From a bacterium (lineage in GTDB: Bacteria > DUMJ01): a DNA stretch of 64,000 nucleotides. Shown here piece after piece: positions 1 through 8,743 of this stretch. Both the position numbers and the translations under genes were made by a program. Numbering within the stretch: the first letter of the stretch is position 1; each line of letters begins with the position of its first letter. The notes below the pieces were generated by a model. It had not been told where the DNA came from and made no database searches. It worked only from the letters and a program-made list of their open reading frames with translations. The DNA lies in contig JBMFOH010000001.1 of NCBI GenBank assembly GCA_049969715.1, positions 4,232-68,231 of the forward strand, in the 5' to 3' direction.

Positions 1-152
1 TCACATTCTCGGCAAACTATATTCTAGATTTTCTTTCAGTTGGAGACGGACAGATAACTATATCTCTTTCTGGGGAGCTTTCTTCTGCTCTCTTTACATT
101 TGACAGTGATCCTCACTTTATCTATGTCACGATGCCGATGGAGGCAGAGTGA
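1..152 (+). CDS. dnaN: DNA polymerase III beta sliding clamp, C-terminal fragment (5' end outside window)
   Basis: Frame 3 reads TFSANYILDFLSVGDGQITISLSGELSSALFTFDSDPHFIYVTMPMEAE then TGA at 150-152. NxxYLLDxL and the ...MP-type tail are typical of beta-clamp domain III. It lies directly upstream of the S4-recF genes. Confidence 0.75.
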   Translation, partial: TFSANYILDFLSVGDGQITISLSGELSSALFTFDSDPHFIYVTMPMEAE

Positions 153-373
153 AAGAGGTAGAGATCTATACTGAAAGTATAACATTAAGTCAATTCTTGA
201 AATGGATAGGGATTGCACAGACTGGAGGAGGAGCAAAACTTTTGATCCAACAGGGATTAGTAACTGTAAATGGCAAGGTCCAGACCAAAAGAGGTAAGAT
301 ATTAAGGGAGAACGATATAGTAGGTATAAAGGGATATCCAGAAGAATTTATAATAAGAAGAAAGGTTATATGA
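149..373 (+). CDS. S4-domain RNA-binding protein (YaaA-like)
   Basis: 74 aa. LSQFLKWIGIAQTGGGAKLLIQQGLVTVNGKVQTKRGKIL matches the S4 fold of YaaA-type proteins. It has the classical dnaN-yaaA-recF position and a GTG start overlapping the dnaN stop. Confidence 0.8.
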   Translation: MKEVEIYTESITLSQFLKWIGIAQTGGGAKLLIQQGLVTVNGKVQTKRGKILRENDIVGIKGYPEEFIIRRKVI

Positions 374-1449
374 ACCTAGATCTTATTGAGCTTCTCAATT
401 ATAGGAATTATTCTCATACAACTCTTGAATTTAGCCCCTATTTTAATGTGCTTACAGGTCCTAATGGTTCAGGTAAAACCAATCTCCTTGAGGCTATACA
501 CCTTCTTGCTAATGGAGAGGTAAAGAGAGGAAGGAGGGACGCGGAAGCAATAAAATGGAATGAGACATTTTCTTGGATAAGGGGAGAAGTAAGTTATGAA
601 GACGGGAGGATTGTAAAACTTGTAGTACAGATAAATTCTAATGGAAAGGACTTTTCCATAAATGGGAAGATAAAGACCTTAAAAGAATATATAGGAACAT
701 TCTCTGTAGTTTCTATCTTTGAAGATGATGAAGAGATTATCTCAGGAGATCCTGATAAGAGGAGAGAATTTTTGGATAAGTTTATTATAAGTATTGAACC
801 TTCGTATTATTCTCTTATTACTAGATATAGAAATGTATTAGTAAGGAGGAATAGACTTTTAAAAGAGGGAACCTCAGATAAAAGACTCATAGAGGCTCTA
901 ACCGAAATCCTCCTTAAATATGGAGGGGAAATAATAAGGTCTAGGGATAGATTCATTTCTATATACAATGAATATCTAGCTAGGGAATGTAAAAGAATAG
1001 GTTTTTCTATAGAGATAGATATCCCTGAGTTTTCTGGTGATATTGAAGAGAAGGTCTCCATATATAGGAAAAGATTTGAGGCATCAAGAAAGAAAGAAGA
1101 AGTTATTGGGGCTACATTAGTAGGACCCCATAGGGATGAAGTTGTTATAAAAATGGATGGAAAGGATAGTAGAAGTTTTGCCTCTAATGGAGAGTCAAGA
1201 ATAATTGTGTTTCTTATTAAGCTTACCCAGTGGGAACTTATAAGAAGTTTAAAAAAGTATAAACCTATCTTTGTTGTTGATGAATTTTTAAATAAGCTGG
1301 ACAGAAATAATGTAAATCTTATCCTAGAGATAATAGAAGAAAAATCTCCCCAGGTCTTTCTATCAGAACTAGTAGATATTCCTATAGGTAAAAAGGGTAT
1401 TATTTTTTCTATAGAAAAAGGTGAGATCTTGAATGAAAAGACTTTTTGA
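370..1449 (+). CDS. recF: DNA replication and repair protein RecF
   Basis: Walker A GPNGSGKTNLLEAI, SMC-like signature FASNGESR, Walker B-like IFVVDEF. 359 aa, with synteny after dnaN/S4. Confidence 0.9.
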   Translation: MNLDLIELLNYRNYSHTTLEFSPYFNVLTGPNGSGKTNLLEAIHLLANGEVKRGRRDAEAIKWNETFSWIRGEVSYEDGRIVKLVVQINSNGKDFSINGKIKTLKEYIGTFSVVSIFEDDEEIISGDPDKRREFLDKFIISIEPSYYSLITRYRNVLVRRNRLLKEGTSDKRLIEALTEILLKYGGEIIRSRDRFISIYNEYLARECKRIGFSIEIDIPEFSGDIEEKVSIYRKRFEASRKKEEVIGATLVGPHRDEVVIKMDGKDSRSFASNGESRIIVFLIKLTQWELIRSLKKYKPIFVVDEFLNKLDRNNVNLILEIIEEKSPQVFLSELVDIPIGKKGIIFSIEKGEILNEKTF

Positions 1450-1849
1450 TATCTTTTTGAACCTGCCATTCCGTAATTATTCCTTACTTCCTATAGCTTG
1501 GCATAAGGTAGTAGGGGATTATGCATCAAGATTTGCTCGGGTATCTTACTATAAAAATGGTGTCCTCTATGTGGATGTTCCTGCTCCTGCCTGGTCAAAT
1601 GAGCTTTCCGTTGCTAAGTTGATGATCGTAGATGCATTAGTAAAAGAGACCGGTATATCTATCACTGACATAAAGTTTAGGGTTTATTCTTTTAATATAA
1701 AAGAGAAGGAAAATCTTGATCTTAAAGAACTTACAGATGAAGAGATAGATTATATAAACTCTTTACTCGCTGACTTAAAGTATGAAGAACTAAAAAGACC
1801 CATATTCAATATAATAGGGTATCATCTTTTGAGAAAGAAAAAGAAGTAA
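1433..1849 (+). CDS. DUF721 (YaaB/DciA-like) protein
   Basis: 138 aa. WHKVVGDYASRFARVSYYKNGVLYVDVPAPAWSNELS matches the DUF721 pattern (W..vvG ... L.v.v.s.aW..eL). It overlaps the recF end, the usual post-recF position. Confidence 0.7.
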   Translation: MKRLFDIFLNLPFRNYSLLPIAWHKVVGDYASRFARVSYYKNGVLYVDVPAPAWSNELSVAKLMIVDALVKETGISITDIKFRVYSFNIKEKENLDLKELTDEEIDYINSLLADLKYEELKRPIFNIIGYHLLRKKKK

Positions 1850-1851
1850 TC

Positions 1852-2745
1852 CTACCCTTTCAGTCCTACCTGTTCTATAGCTGTAAGATAATACTTCTGC
1901 GTAAAAAGATACAATAGAAGGCAAGGAATCATCGTAATCATAACCGCTGCCATCATCATAGGATATGATACTACGTTTGGGTTCATAGCCCCAAAACCAC
2001 TGCCTATAAAGCTTGGGTCCACAGAGAATAGTAAAGAGAGAGATATGGGCAGTGTCTTGATATTATTGAAGAATATAATGCTTCTTGCATACTCATTCCA
2101 GTACCATACAAAAGAAAAGAGTCCAACTGTGATTATTGCTGATTTTGCTAGCGGTAGATAGATATACCAAAAGCATTCAAAGAATGATGCTCCATCTATC
2201 ACTGCCGCATCTTCTAATTCCGATGGTAAGGTATTAAATACCTGTCTGAATAAAAATATACACAAGGGCGCATATATACCAAAACCAAAGAATGATGGAA
2301 CTATGAATACATTTAGGGTATCTAACCAGTTGAGGCTGTGAAAGAGTATATAGTATGGAATCATAAGTATTTGGGGTGGTATAACTAGTGTAGCAAGTAC
2401 AATCATCATAAGAATCTCTTTTCCCGGAAATTTCCCTCTACTAAATCCGTACCCTACTACAGCAGAGGATAAGACCTGTCCTATTATACAGGTACCAGTT
2501 AATTTTATAGAGTTGATGATAGAGGTAGCAAAGTCCATGGGTTTTAGAACATCTATATAGTTTCTAAGATTAATATGGTTTGGAATCCATGTTACTGATG
2601 GGTCCATATAATCCTCTATTGTCATTACGGATACTATTAAGCTTCTCAGTATTGGATATAAGAATATGAATGCTCCATCTATAAGTAGTAGATACAACAG
2701 GAGTTTAGGAAGTATGTATTTTATCTTATATTTTGAAAGTCTCAT
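1852..2745 (-). CDS. Carbohydrate ABC transporter permease (MalG-type)
   Basis: 297 aa, about 6 TM segments. EAA loop LEDAAVIDGASFFECFWYIYLPLAKS is typical of the binding-protein-dependent permease family. Confidence 0.85.
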   Translation of the reverse strand: MRLSKYKIKYILPKLLLYLLLIDGAFIFLYPILRSLIVSVMTIEDYMDPSVTWIPNHINLRNYIDVLKPMDFATSIINSIKLTGTCIIGQVLSSAVVGYGFSRGKFPGKEILMMIVLATLVIPPQILMIPYYILFHSLNWLDTLNVFIVPSFFGFGIYAPLCIFLFRQVFNTLPSELEDAAVIDGASFFECFWYIYLPLAKSAIITVGLFSFVWYWNEYARSIIFFNNIKTLPISLSLLFSVDPSFIGSGFGAMNPNVVSYPMMMAAVMITMIPCLLLYLFTQKYYLTAIEQVGLKG

Positions 2746-3632
2746 TCTTCATTCCTCTGATATCTTACAAGGTATCTCTGAGAGTAATAGTATGTAAGGA
2801 GAGTAAATGATATAACAATCCCAAGGAAGAGCCAACTTACTGCTGCCCCATAACCGAGCCTATACTGCTCAAAGCTTATATTGTATACATAGTCCATAAA
2901 GAATGGTATAACAGTTCTTCCGTGGGCGAGAACCCTGGCAATAGTAAATATATTTGTAAATGATTCTATAACTGTAAATACCATATTTATCACTGTAAAT
3001 GGAGCTAACAATGGCATAGTAATAGCCCAGAGGCTCTTCCACCAGCTGGCCCCATCTATCTGTGCCGCTTCATATATCTGTGGGTCTATACTTTGAAGAC
3101 CTGCTAAGAATATGAGCATCTGGATTCCTACCCTCCACATACCTAAGACTAGTATGGTTGAAAAGAGAGAGATTAGATTTTGGATATTTGGTTCTAACCT
3201 TATCCCGAATGTTTCTAATGTGACATTGACATTGACCATCTTACTAAAGATATCTGGCCCTATCTTTGCAACAACTACATCTGAAGCTGCTACAACTGGT
3301 AAGAAATATACAACCCTGAAGAATCCTATACCTTTGACCTTCTGATTGACTAGTATTGCAAGGATAAGTGAGAACAACATAGTAAAGGGTATGCTTATTA
3401 CCCCATAACCAAGTGTCATACCAAGGCTATACCAGAAGTCTCTATCTTCTAAAAGTGCTTCTCTATAGTTTTCGATCCCTATGAACTGACTTCCATTGAA
3501 ACTCCATTTGAAAAAACTGAGTCCGAAAGAGAAGATGAGAGGAAATACTAAAAATATCAACGCCCCTATTATCCAAGGGGATATAGCTATATAACTCATT
3601 ATCACATTTTTCTTTTTATACGTTAGTTTCAT
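2742..3632 (-). CDS. Carbohydrate ABC transporter permease (MalF-type)
   Basis: 296 aa, multi-TM. EAA loop YEAAQIDGASWWKSLWAITMPLLAP. 4-nt overlap with the downstream permease gene. Confidence 0.85.
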   Translation of the reverse strand: MKLTYKKKNVIMSYIAISPWIIGALIFLVFPLIFSFGLSFFKWSFNGSQFIGIENYREALLEDRDFWYSLGMTLGYGVISIPFTMLFSLILAILVNQKVKGIGFFRVVYFLPVVAASDVVVAKIGPDIFSKMVNVNVTLETFGIRLEPNIQNLISLFSTILVLGMWRVGIQMLIFLAGLQSIDPQIYEAAQIDGASWWKSLWAITMPLLAPFTVINMVFTVIESFTNIFTIARVLAHGRTVIPFFMDYVYNISFEQYRLGYGAAVSWLFLGIVISFTLLTYYYSQRYLVRYQRNEE

Positions 3633-4660
3633 TTCTCACCTACTAATATATAAGGTAAGATTAATAGCCCGATCAAAAATACCCATAATGGGGATGGAGG
3701 GAGGTCAAGTCTTAGAGAAATAGTTCTAGATAAGATAAGACTAGATATCTCTCCAACAGATATACCTAGGATAACAGACTTCCATCTATTATGGAGGCTT
3801 TTTATTATCATCAATCCTGACCACAGGAGTATTATAGAAACAGCTACAAGGACAAGGATAAATATACCAAGATAAACCTTTAAGGTCATTAGCCTTTCGT
3901 GAACATTAAAGACCTCATAATCACTCTCTTGGAGATGTCTAAATCTTAGTGTCCTTACTATCTCATCTTTTAGGACTGACTTTAGTGTCCCCCAACTAAA
4001 CTCTGGTTTTACTCTTATTATCACTGCATCTAACTTTTCTTCTGGATTATAAAATAATGGAATTATTACCTCTCTCTTTGGATATATAAGGTCTGCCAGT
4101 TGAGATATCATGGGAAGATAGTCCCTTAAGACTGTATATCTATTTATAATCTTTTCTATAAATGATTGGGAAAGGACTCCAACAATTATATACCTATTAC
4201 CATTTATATATAACTCACTTCTAATAGGGTCTACCTCATTTGAGAAAAAGATATTCTTTGAACTTTCAGGTATGAGTGCTACCTTCTGAAATCTCTGAAA
4301 GTCTATAGGTTTAAAGCTTCTTCCAAGTTCTACTATCCTTCCAGTTATTTGAGGAAAGTCAGGGGTTATTTCTGTTATATTCATCGGTTCTTCCTTGTCC
4401 TCAAATAAGACAGTAGTAGTAAACCTTTTTACAGTATCAACTGCTACTACTCCTTGGATCTTAGAGATAGCTTTTGCGTCCTCCCAGGTAAGTGGCTCTA
4501 GTTTCATATCTTCTGTAAAGTAGGGAGATATGGCAAAGACATTTAGCCCATAGGTAAGCGGGTTCTCTCCCAACCCTATAGTTATAGATTCCCATACAGA
4601 AAGTATAAATGAAGCCAGCATAACTGCTAATACTATCTTTACTATTGCGTTTCTAACCAT
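3629..4660 (-). CDS. MacB-type periplasmic-core-domain protein with short, degenerate FtsX-like C-terminus (YknZ-like); no ATPase partner in window
   Basis: 343 aa. N-terminal TM, then a roughly 200-aa MacB_PCD-like region (LTWEDAKAISKIQGVVAVDTV ... VALIPESSKNIFF ... YINGNRYIIVGVL). It then carries only about 85 aa of TM segments where a full FtsX domain is expected. Confidence 0.6.
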   Translation of the reverse strand: MVRNAIVKIVLAVMLASFILSVWESITIGLGENPLTYGLNVFAISPYFTEDMKLEPLTWEDAKAISKIQGVVAVDTVKRFTTTVLFEDKEEPMNITEITPDFPQITGRIVELGRSFKPIDFQRFQKVALIPESSKNIFFSNEVDPIRSELYINGNRYIIVGVLSQSFIEKIINRYTVLRDYLPMISQLADLIYPKREVIIPLFYNPEEKLDAVIIRVKPEFSWGTLKSVLKDEIVRTLRFRHLQESDYEVFNVHERLMTLKVYLGIFILVLVAVSIILLWSGLMIIKSLHNRWKSVILGISVGEISSLILSRTISLRLDLPPSPLWVFLIGLLILPYILVGEK

Positions 4661-6036
4661 TTTCCTCTTTCTATAACTATCACTCTATCATAGTCATTTA
4701 ACGGTCTACTACTGTAGGTGACTACCCTTTCAAACTGATTTACTCCAGATAAGATCTCTGCTTCATCCTCTTTTATTCCACCTATCTTTACCTTCCTCTT
4801 TCTTACTACCTTTACATTGTCTCTTATTAGCCTTGCCAACTCTCTATCGTCAGGGGTAGATGGAGTAGTTTCTACTACAAATACGTACGATTCTGTCTCT
4901 TCTGGGCTGGGAGGATTTAGATAGTAGAGAGGATTTTCTATATCTTCAGGGGATTCTTGATATATTGCAGATATTGGTACAACAGTACTCAGTTTTCTTT
5001 CCTTTATAAGTATCCTTGCATAGACAGGTATTCCTATCTTTATTTCAGGAGAATACTTATCTATCTTCCCAACGACCCTTATTCCTGAGCTTCCATTTGA
5101 CTGTTCAAATCCTTCAGAGATGGATGTAATCCTTGCAGAATATTCTTTGGTAGAGAAAGGGTCTATCTTAAACCTTATCTCCTGTCCTATGCCTACCTTT
5201 GTAATAAGCTTAGGGTCTACCAAGCAGGATACGCTAATACTATCCTCGTCAGCTATAGTAGCTAGAGGTGTTCCCGGTGAGACTGATTCACCCTTCTGAA
5301 CGAATACTGATACCACTCTTCCCTTTGTCTTAGACTTTATTTCTAGTTGGCTCTTTAGAAATGCCAATTTTTCTTGGGTATTTTTTAGAGATTTAAGTGA
5401 TATATCTATTGTCTTTTTATTTAACTGCATTTCTGTATCTGCTTGTTTTTTTAGAAGGTCATAGTTGGCTTTCGATGCCTCAAATGTAAGTCTTGCTGAT
5501 TCCACCTGATCTCTATAGTTTTTGAGGTTCATCTCTGAAATAGCTCCAACCTTAAATAGACTCTCCATCCTTTTTAGGTCTTCTTCTGCCTTTTTATAAG
5601 CCTCTTCGTCTCTTTCTAATGCTATCCTTGCCTGAGAGGTATCTATAGACTCTTTTTTAGCTTTTTCTATGTCTAGTCCTATCCTTTCTATATTTAACCT
5701 TGCCTCTTCTATCTGAAGATTTATCTCGGGAGAATCTATAAGAAATAATATCTTATTTGTATCTACATAGTCTCCAATCTTTATATTTACTGCCCTTACA
5801 TTCCCAGAGACAGTACTTTTTATAGTAGAAGTAATATTGGATTCGATATAGCCTGTGGTAGATATGTCCTGTATGAATGGCTTTCTTTCCGCCATTGCCA
5901 CAGTAACCTTTGGGTAGTGTTCAAAATAGCTCTTATTGTATACATAGCCAAGATACGTAATCCATACAAGGCTTATAATAAGTATTATAATACCTATGCG
6001 TCTTCTCAATGTCTCCCTCCAATAAAAATAAACCAT
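4642..6036 (-). CDS. HlyD-family membrane fusion (periplasmic adaptor) protein
   Basis: 464 aa. N-terminal TM anchor, barrel-sandwich segment (VSGNVRAVNIKIGDYV), long coiled-coil hairpin, C-terminal beta-barrel region (GRVVSVFVQKGESVSPGTPLATI). Confidence 0.75.
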   Translation of the reverse strand: MVYFYWRETLRRRIGIIILIISLVWITYLGYVYNKSYFEHYPKVTVAMAERKPFIQDISTTGYIESNITSTIKSTVSGNVRAVNIKIGDYVDTNKILFLIDSPEINLQIEEARLNIERIGLDIEKAKKESIDTSQARIALERDEEAYKKAEEDLKRMESLFKVGAISEMNLKNYRDQVESARLTFEASKANYDLLKKQADTEMQLNKKTIDISLKSLKNTQEKLAFLKSQLEIKSKTKGRVVSVFVQKGESVSPGTPLATIADEDSISVSCLVDPKLITKVGIGQEIRFKIDPFSTKEYSARITSISEGFEQSNGSSGIRVVGKIDKYSPEIKIGIPVYARILIKERKLSTVVPISAIYQESPEDIENPLYYLNPPSPEETESYVFVVETTPSTPDDRELARLIRDNVKVVRKRKVKIGGIKEDEAEILSGVNQFERVVTYSSRPLNDYDRVIVIERGKWLETQ

Positions 6037-6707
6037 AATATTTTGGAACTATTCATCTGATATATTATCTCTATAACCCTTATCAATCCTAATGATAATA
6101 TATATAGTCCTAATGTCTTTTTAGGGTCTATCCCTTCTGCTTTAAATGTAGCTACCAGAATAATTATACTCCATATGTTACTAATATTTATCTCCCTAAT
6201 AATCATAAATAAGATATCATTGTTAAGCATATCCCTATTAAGGGGTGAGAAGATTGTTGGTGCAAGTGCAATATCTAGGTCTTTTAGATCTACAAGTCCG
6301 TCAAATCCCTTTGCAAGTAATAGATAGGTAGATATTAGATTTGAAAATAGTATAGGAAGCAAGGAAAGAGATGAAATAAGTAGTATTTTGTCGTAGTCTA
6401 TATCCTTTACCCCAACCCTTATCACCTTTGAGATGATGAAGACCTTTACTATGCACCACAGAGGTAGTAAAAGGAATGCCAATGTAATGACAAGTCTAAT
6501 AAGGGCTTCTCCTTCAGGAAGTGTTAGAGTTGGACACATTCTTATAATTGACTCTGCCTTTAAGTATAAGACCTCTCTATGAGATGAGACAGCCATGTTA
6601 CAGATGCTAGAAATGATTCCAACCAATATTGGGAGAACATACCACCTCTTTAATCTTATCTTTCCCCACTCACTGTATGGAGATATGAGGAAGTAAAACC
6701 AACTCAT
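6006..6707 (-). CDS. Polytopic membrane protein, Yip1-like (YknW-like)
   Basis: 233 aa, about 5 TM helices with no soluble domain. Placed immediately upstream of HlyD and the MacB-like gene, as yknW is in B. subtilis yknWXYZ. The family assignment is by architecture only. Confidence 0.45.
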   Translation of the reverse strand: MSWFYFLISPYSEWGKIRLKRWYVLPILVGIISSICNMAVSSHREVLYLKAESIIRMCPTLTLPEGEALIRLVITLAFLLLPLWCIVKVFIISKVIRVGVKDIDYDKILLISSLSLLPILFSNLISTYLLLAKGFDGLVDLKDLDIALAPTIFSPLNRDMLNNDILFMIIREINISNIWSIIILVATFKAEGIDPKKTLGLYILSLGLIRVIEIIYQMNSSKILWFIFIGGRH

Positions 6708-8743
6708 CTTATTATCCTATAGTCCCATGGTTTGATCCCTTGGTATGTATGTGTAGAGTAATTCACTATAATCCTTGTTCCACTCTCATATCGTGTTTCA
6801 TATATATGTCTTGCCAACTCCTTATGGTCTATAATAAACTGATACTGTAGGTCTCCAGTTTCTCTATTTATTAGATTATACTCCCTTTTTATATCATTAA
6901 TCCAATCACTGAATTTAGAACTGAATAGGCTTTTATAAAATGTATCCCTTATTAGGAGAGGAGATCTGTAGGTAACCATACTAGAAGGGAGGGCTCCATA
7001 CTCAAGATTCTTAAGAAATTCATAGTTCCAATCCTTCCTTAGATTCATTGGTGTAAAGTTGTATCTTACTATGCCATGTAGAGCTATCTCCCAGAGGGGT
7101 ATGGTGTCGCCCCCAAAGAATCCACTTGATTCTGATGGGGCATCTATTATATGATTGATCCATTTTATTCCATAGTCACATCCACCCTCTACCATCCTAG
7201 AGCTCTCTATCATATTGGAATAACTCTCACTTGTATCGAATCTAGATTGGGGATGGTTATCATCATAGCAATCTATTAAACCATAACCTATCTTCCTCAG
7301 TTCTATAGAGGTTATTCCCAACGCCTTTGCCTCATTATAGAATCTTTGAAACCTCGATTTGGCAATGCTAGGGCACATAATAAAGCCATATCGATAGTTA
7401 TTCTGCTCTACTGGAAGCTTTACAGGATTCTTTAATGTCATCTTTCTATAGAATTCTCTAGAGTTTTGATAGATATCAAAGAGGTTTACAGAAAGGCTTA
7501 TATAGGAACCTGAATTCCTTGCTATATTTATAATATTTTTAAGTCCCTTCCATCCATCAAATGGAGGAAATGTGGTTGGGTTAGCCCCTTCAAATCCTGA
7601 CTTCTCCCATCCAACAAGAATAAAATTTACCTTTATCCCAGAGCTTTGGAGTATATTTAACATTGTCTCGATGTCTTTAAATGTAGTAAGTTTGATAATA
7701 GGATCAAATAGTTCAAATCCTCTCTTTATACCCATAAATACACTAATATCCATCACGTCTGATTTCATCTGTGGAAAGTCTTTGACCTTTTCCTTCAATG
7801 GTTTTACCCCCTCTATATTGAGAAGATAATCCCTGTATGTCTTACCTACCCCTACATAGTTTGCATCTTTATCTTTTAAAATATAGTATTTTATGCTCTT
7901 TTCTTTATTATCTACTCTCTGAGTTATACGTTTCTTCCTATATATATCCTCAAAGACCTTTCTGTAGAAAAACTTTCCACTCACGGTATAGTAGCCATTC
8001 CCTGGGGTTATCTCTTTTACGATACTAGAAAATTCTTTTCCCTCATCTAATATACCAGCGAGACCGAGATTATTCTTTATACAGGAAAATACTGGAAGTG
8101 TTATTGGGATTCGATTTATGTCAGATTCCTGGGGGGTTAGATCCCCATATACTATTTTCTCTTGGTTAACTACAGAGAATACCTTATTAAATGGAATAAT
8201 CACTCCACACCCGTCAGGAATTACGAGATATCCCTTTTCTCCTACCATACCAGCGTTTAGATAAGGAAGTACATCGATACTTACAACTGGATGTTCTTTA
8301 TCTTCTACTATCTCGTTATTTGGAATTTTTACCTCGAAGAGATTCCCTTTGCTTTCAAAAAAACTGGTAAATTTGAATCCCAGTTCAGGAAAGTTATATG
8401 TCACCTTTACTGTATTTCCATCTATTAAATATGTCCTCTTTGCATTGTAAGAAAACACATCATCTACTCTACCAAGATTTTTATCCCAGAAACTTACCAC
8501 AAATGTTGACTTTATCCTTGCATCCCAATAGTCATTTACAGATTTCCACCCTATAGGTGTGGATGTAATAGTGTATTTCCCATCCCTAATAGTTAATAGG
8601 TCATCCTTTACACTGTAATCTATACTTATCATTGCTTCTACAGATGAGGCAAAGATAAATATAGAACAAAATATTATAATAAGCCTTAGAACCCTACTAA
8701 TCTGTACCATATTTCGAGATACACCTCTTTTATAAAGGACCAA
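6704..8743 (-). CDS. Large signal-anchored/secreted protein of unknown function (possibly DUF5696 / glycoside-hydrolase-like)
   Basis: 679 aa. N-terminal hydrophobic segment LRLIIIFCSIFIFASSVEA, remainder soluble. I recognise no catalytic motif. The DUF5696 suggestion rests on size and co-location with sugar permeases and a Yip1 protein. An alternative start at 8710 (MVQISR) is possible. Confidence 0.4.
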   Translation of the reverse strand: MVLYKRGVSRNMVQISRVLRLIIIFCSIFIFASSVEAMISIDYSVKDDLLTIRDGKYTITSTPIGWKSVNDYWDARIKSTFVVSFWDKNLGRVDDVFSYNAKRTYLIDGNTVKVTYNFPELGFKFTSFFESKGNLFEVKIPNNEIVEDKEHPVVSIDVLPYLNAGMVGEKGYLVIPDGCGVIIPFNKVFSVVNQEKIVYGDLTPQESDINRIPITLPVFSCIKNNLGLAGILDEGKEFSSIVKEITPGNGYYTVSGKFFYRKVFEDIYRKKRITQRVDNKEKSIKYYILKDKDANYVGVGKTYRDYLLNIEGVKPLKEKVKDFPQMKSDVMDISVFMGIKRGFELFDPIIKLTTFKDIETMLNILQSSGIKVNFILVGWEKSGFEGANPTTFPPFDGWKGLKNIINIARNSGSYISLSVNLFDIYQNSREFYRKMTLKNPVKLPVEQNNYRYGFIMCPSIAKSRFQRFYNEAKALGITSIELRKIGYGLIDCYDDNHPQSRFDTSESYSNMIESSRMVEGGCDYGIKWINHIIDAPSESSGFFGGDTIPLWEIALHGIVRYNFTPMNLRKDWNYEFLKNLEYGALPSSMVTYRSPLLIRDTFYKSLFSSKFSDWINDIKREYNLINRETGDLQYQFIIDHKELARHIYETRYESGTRIIVNYSTHTYQGIKPWDYRIIR

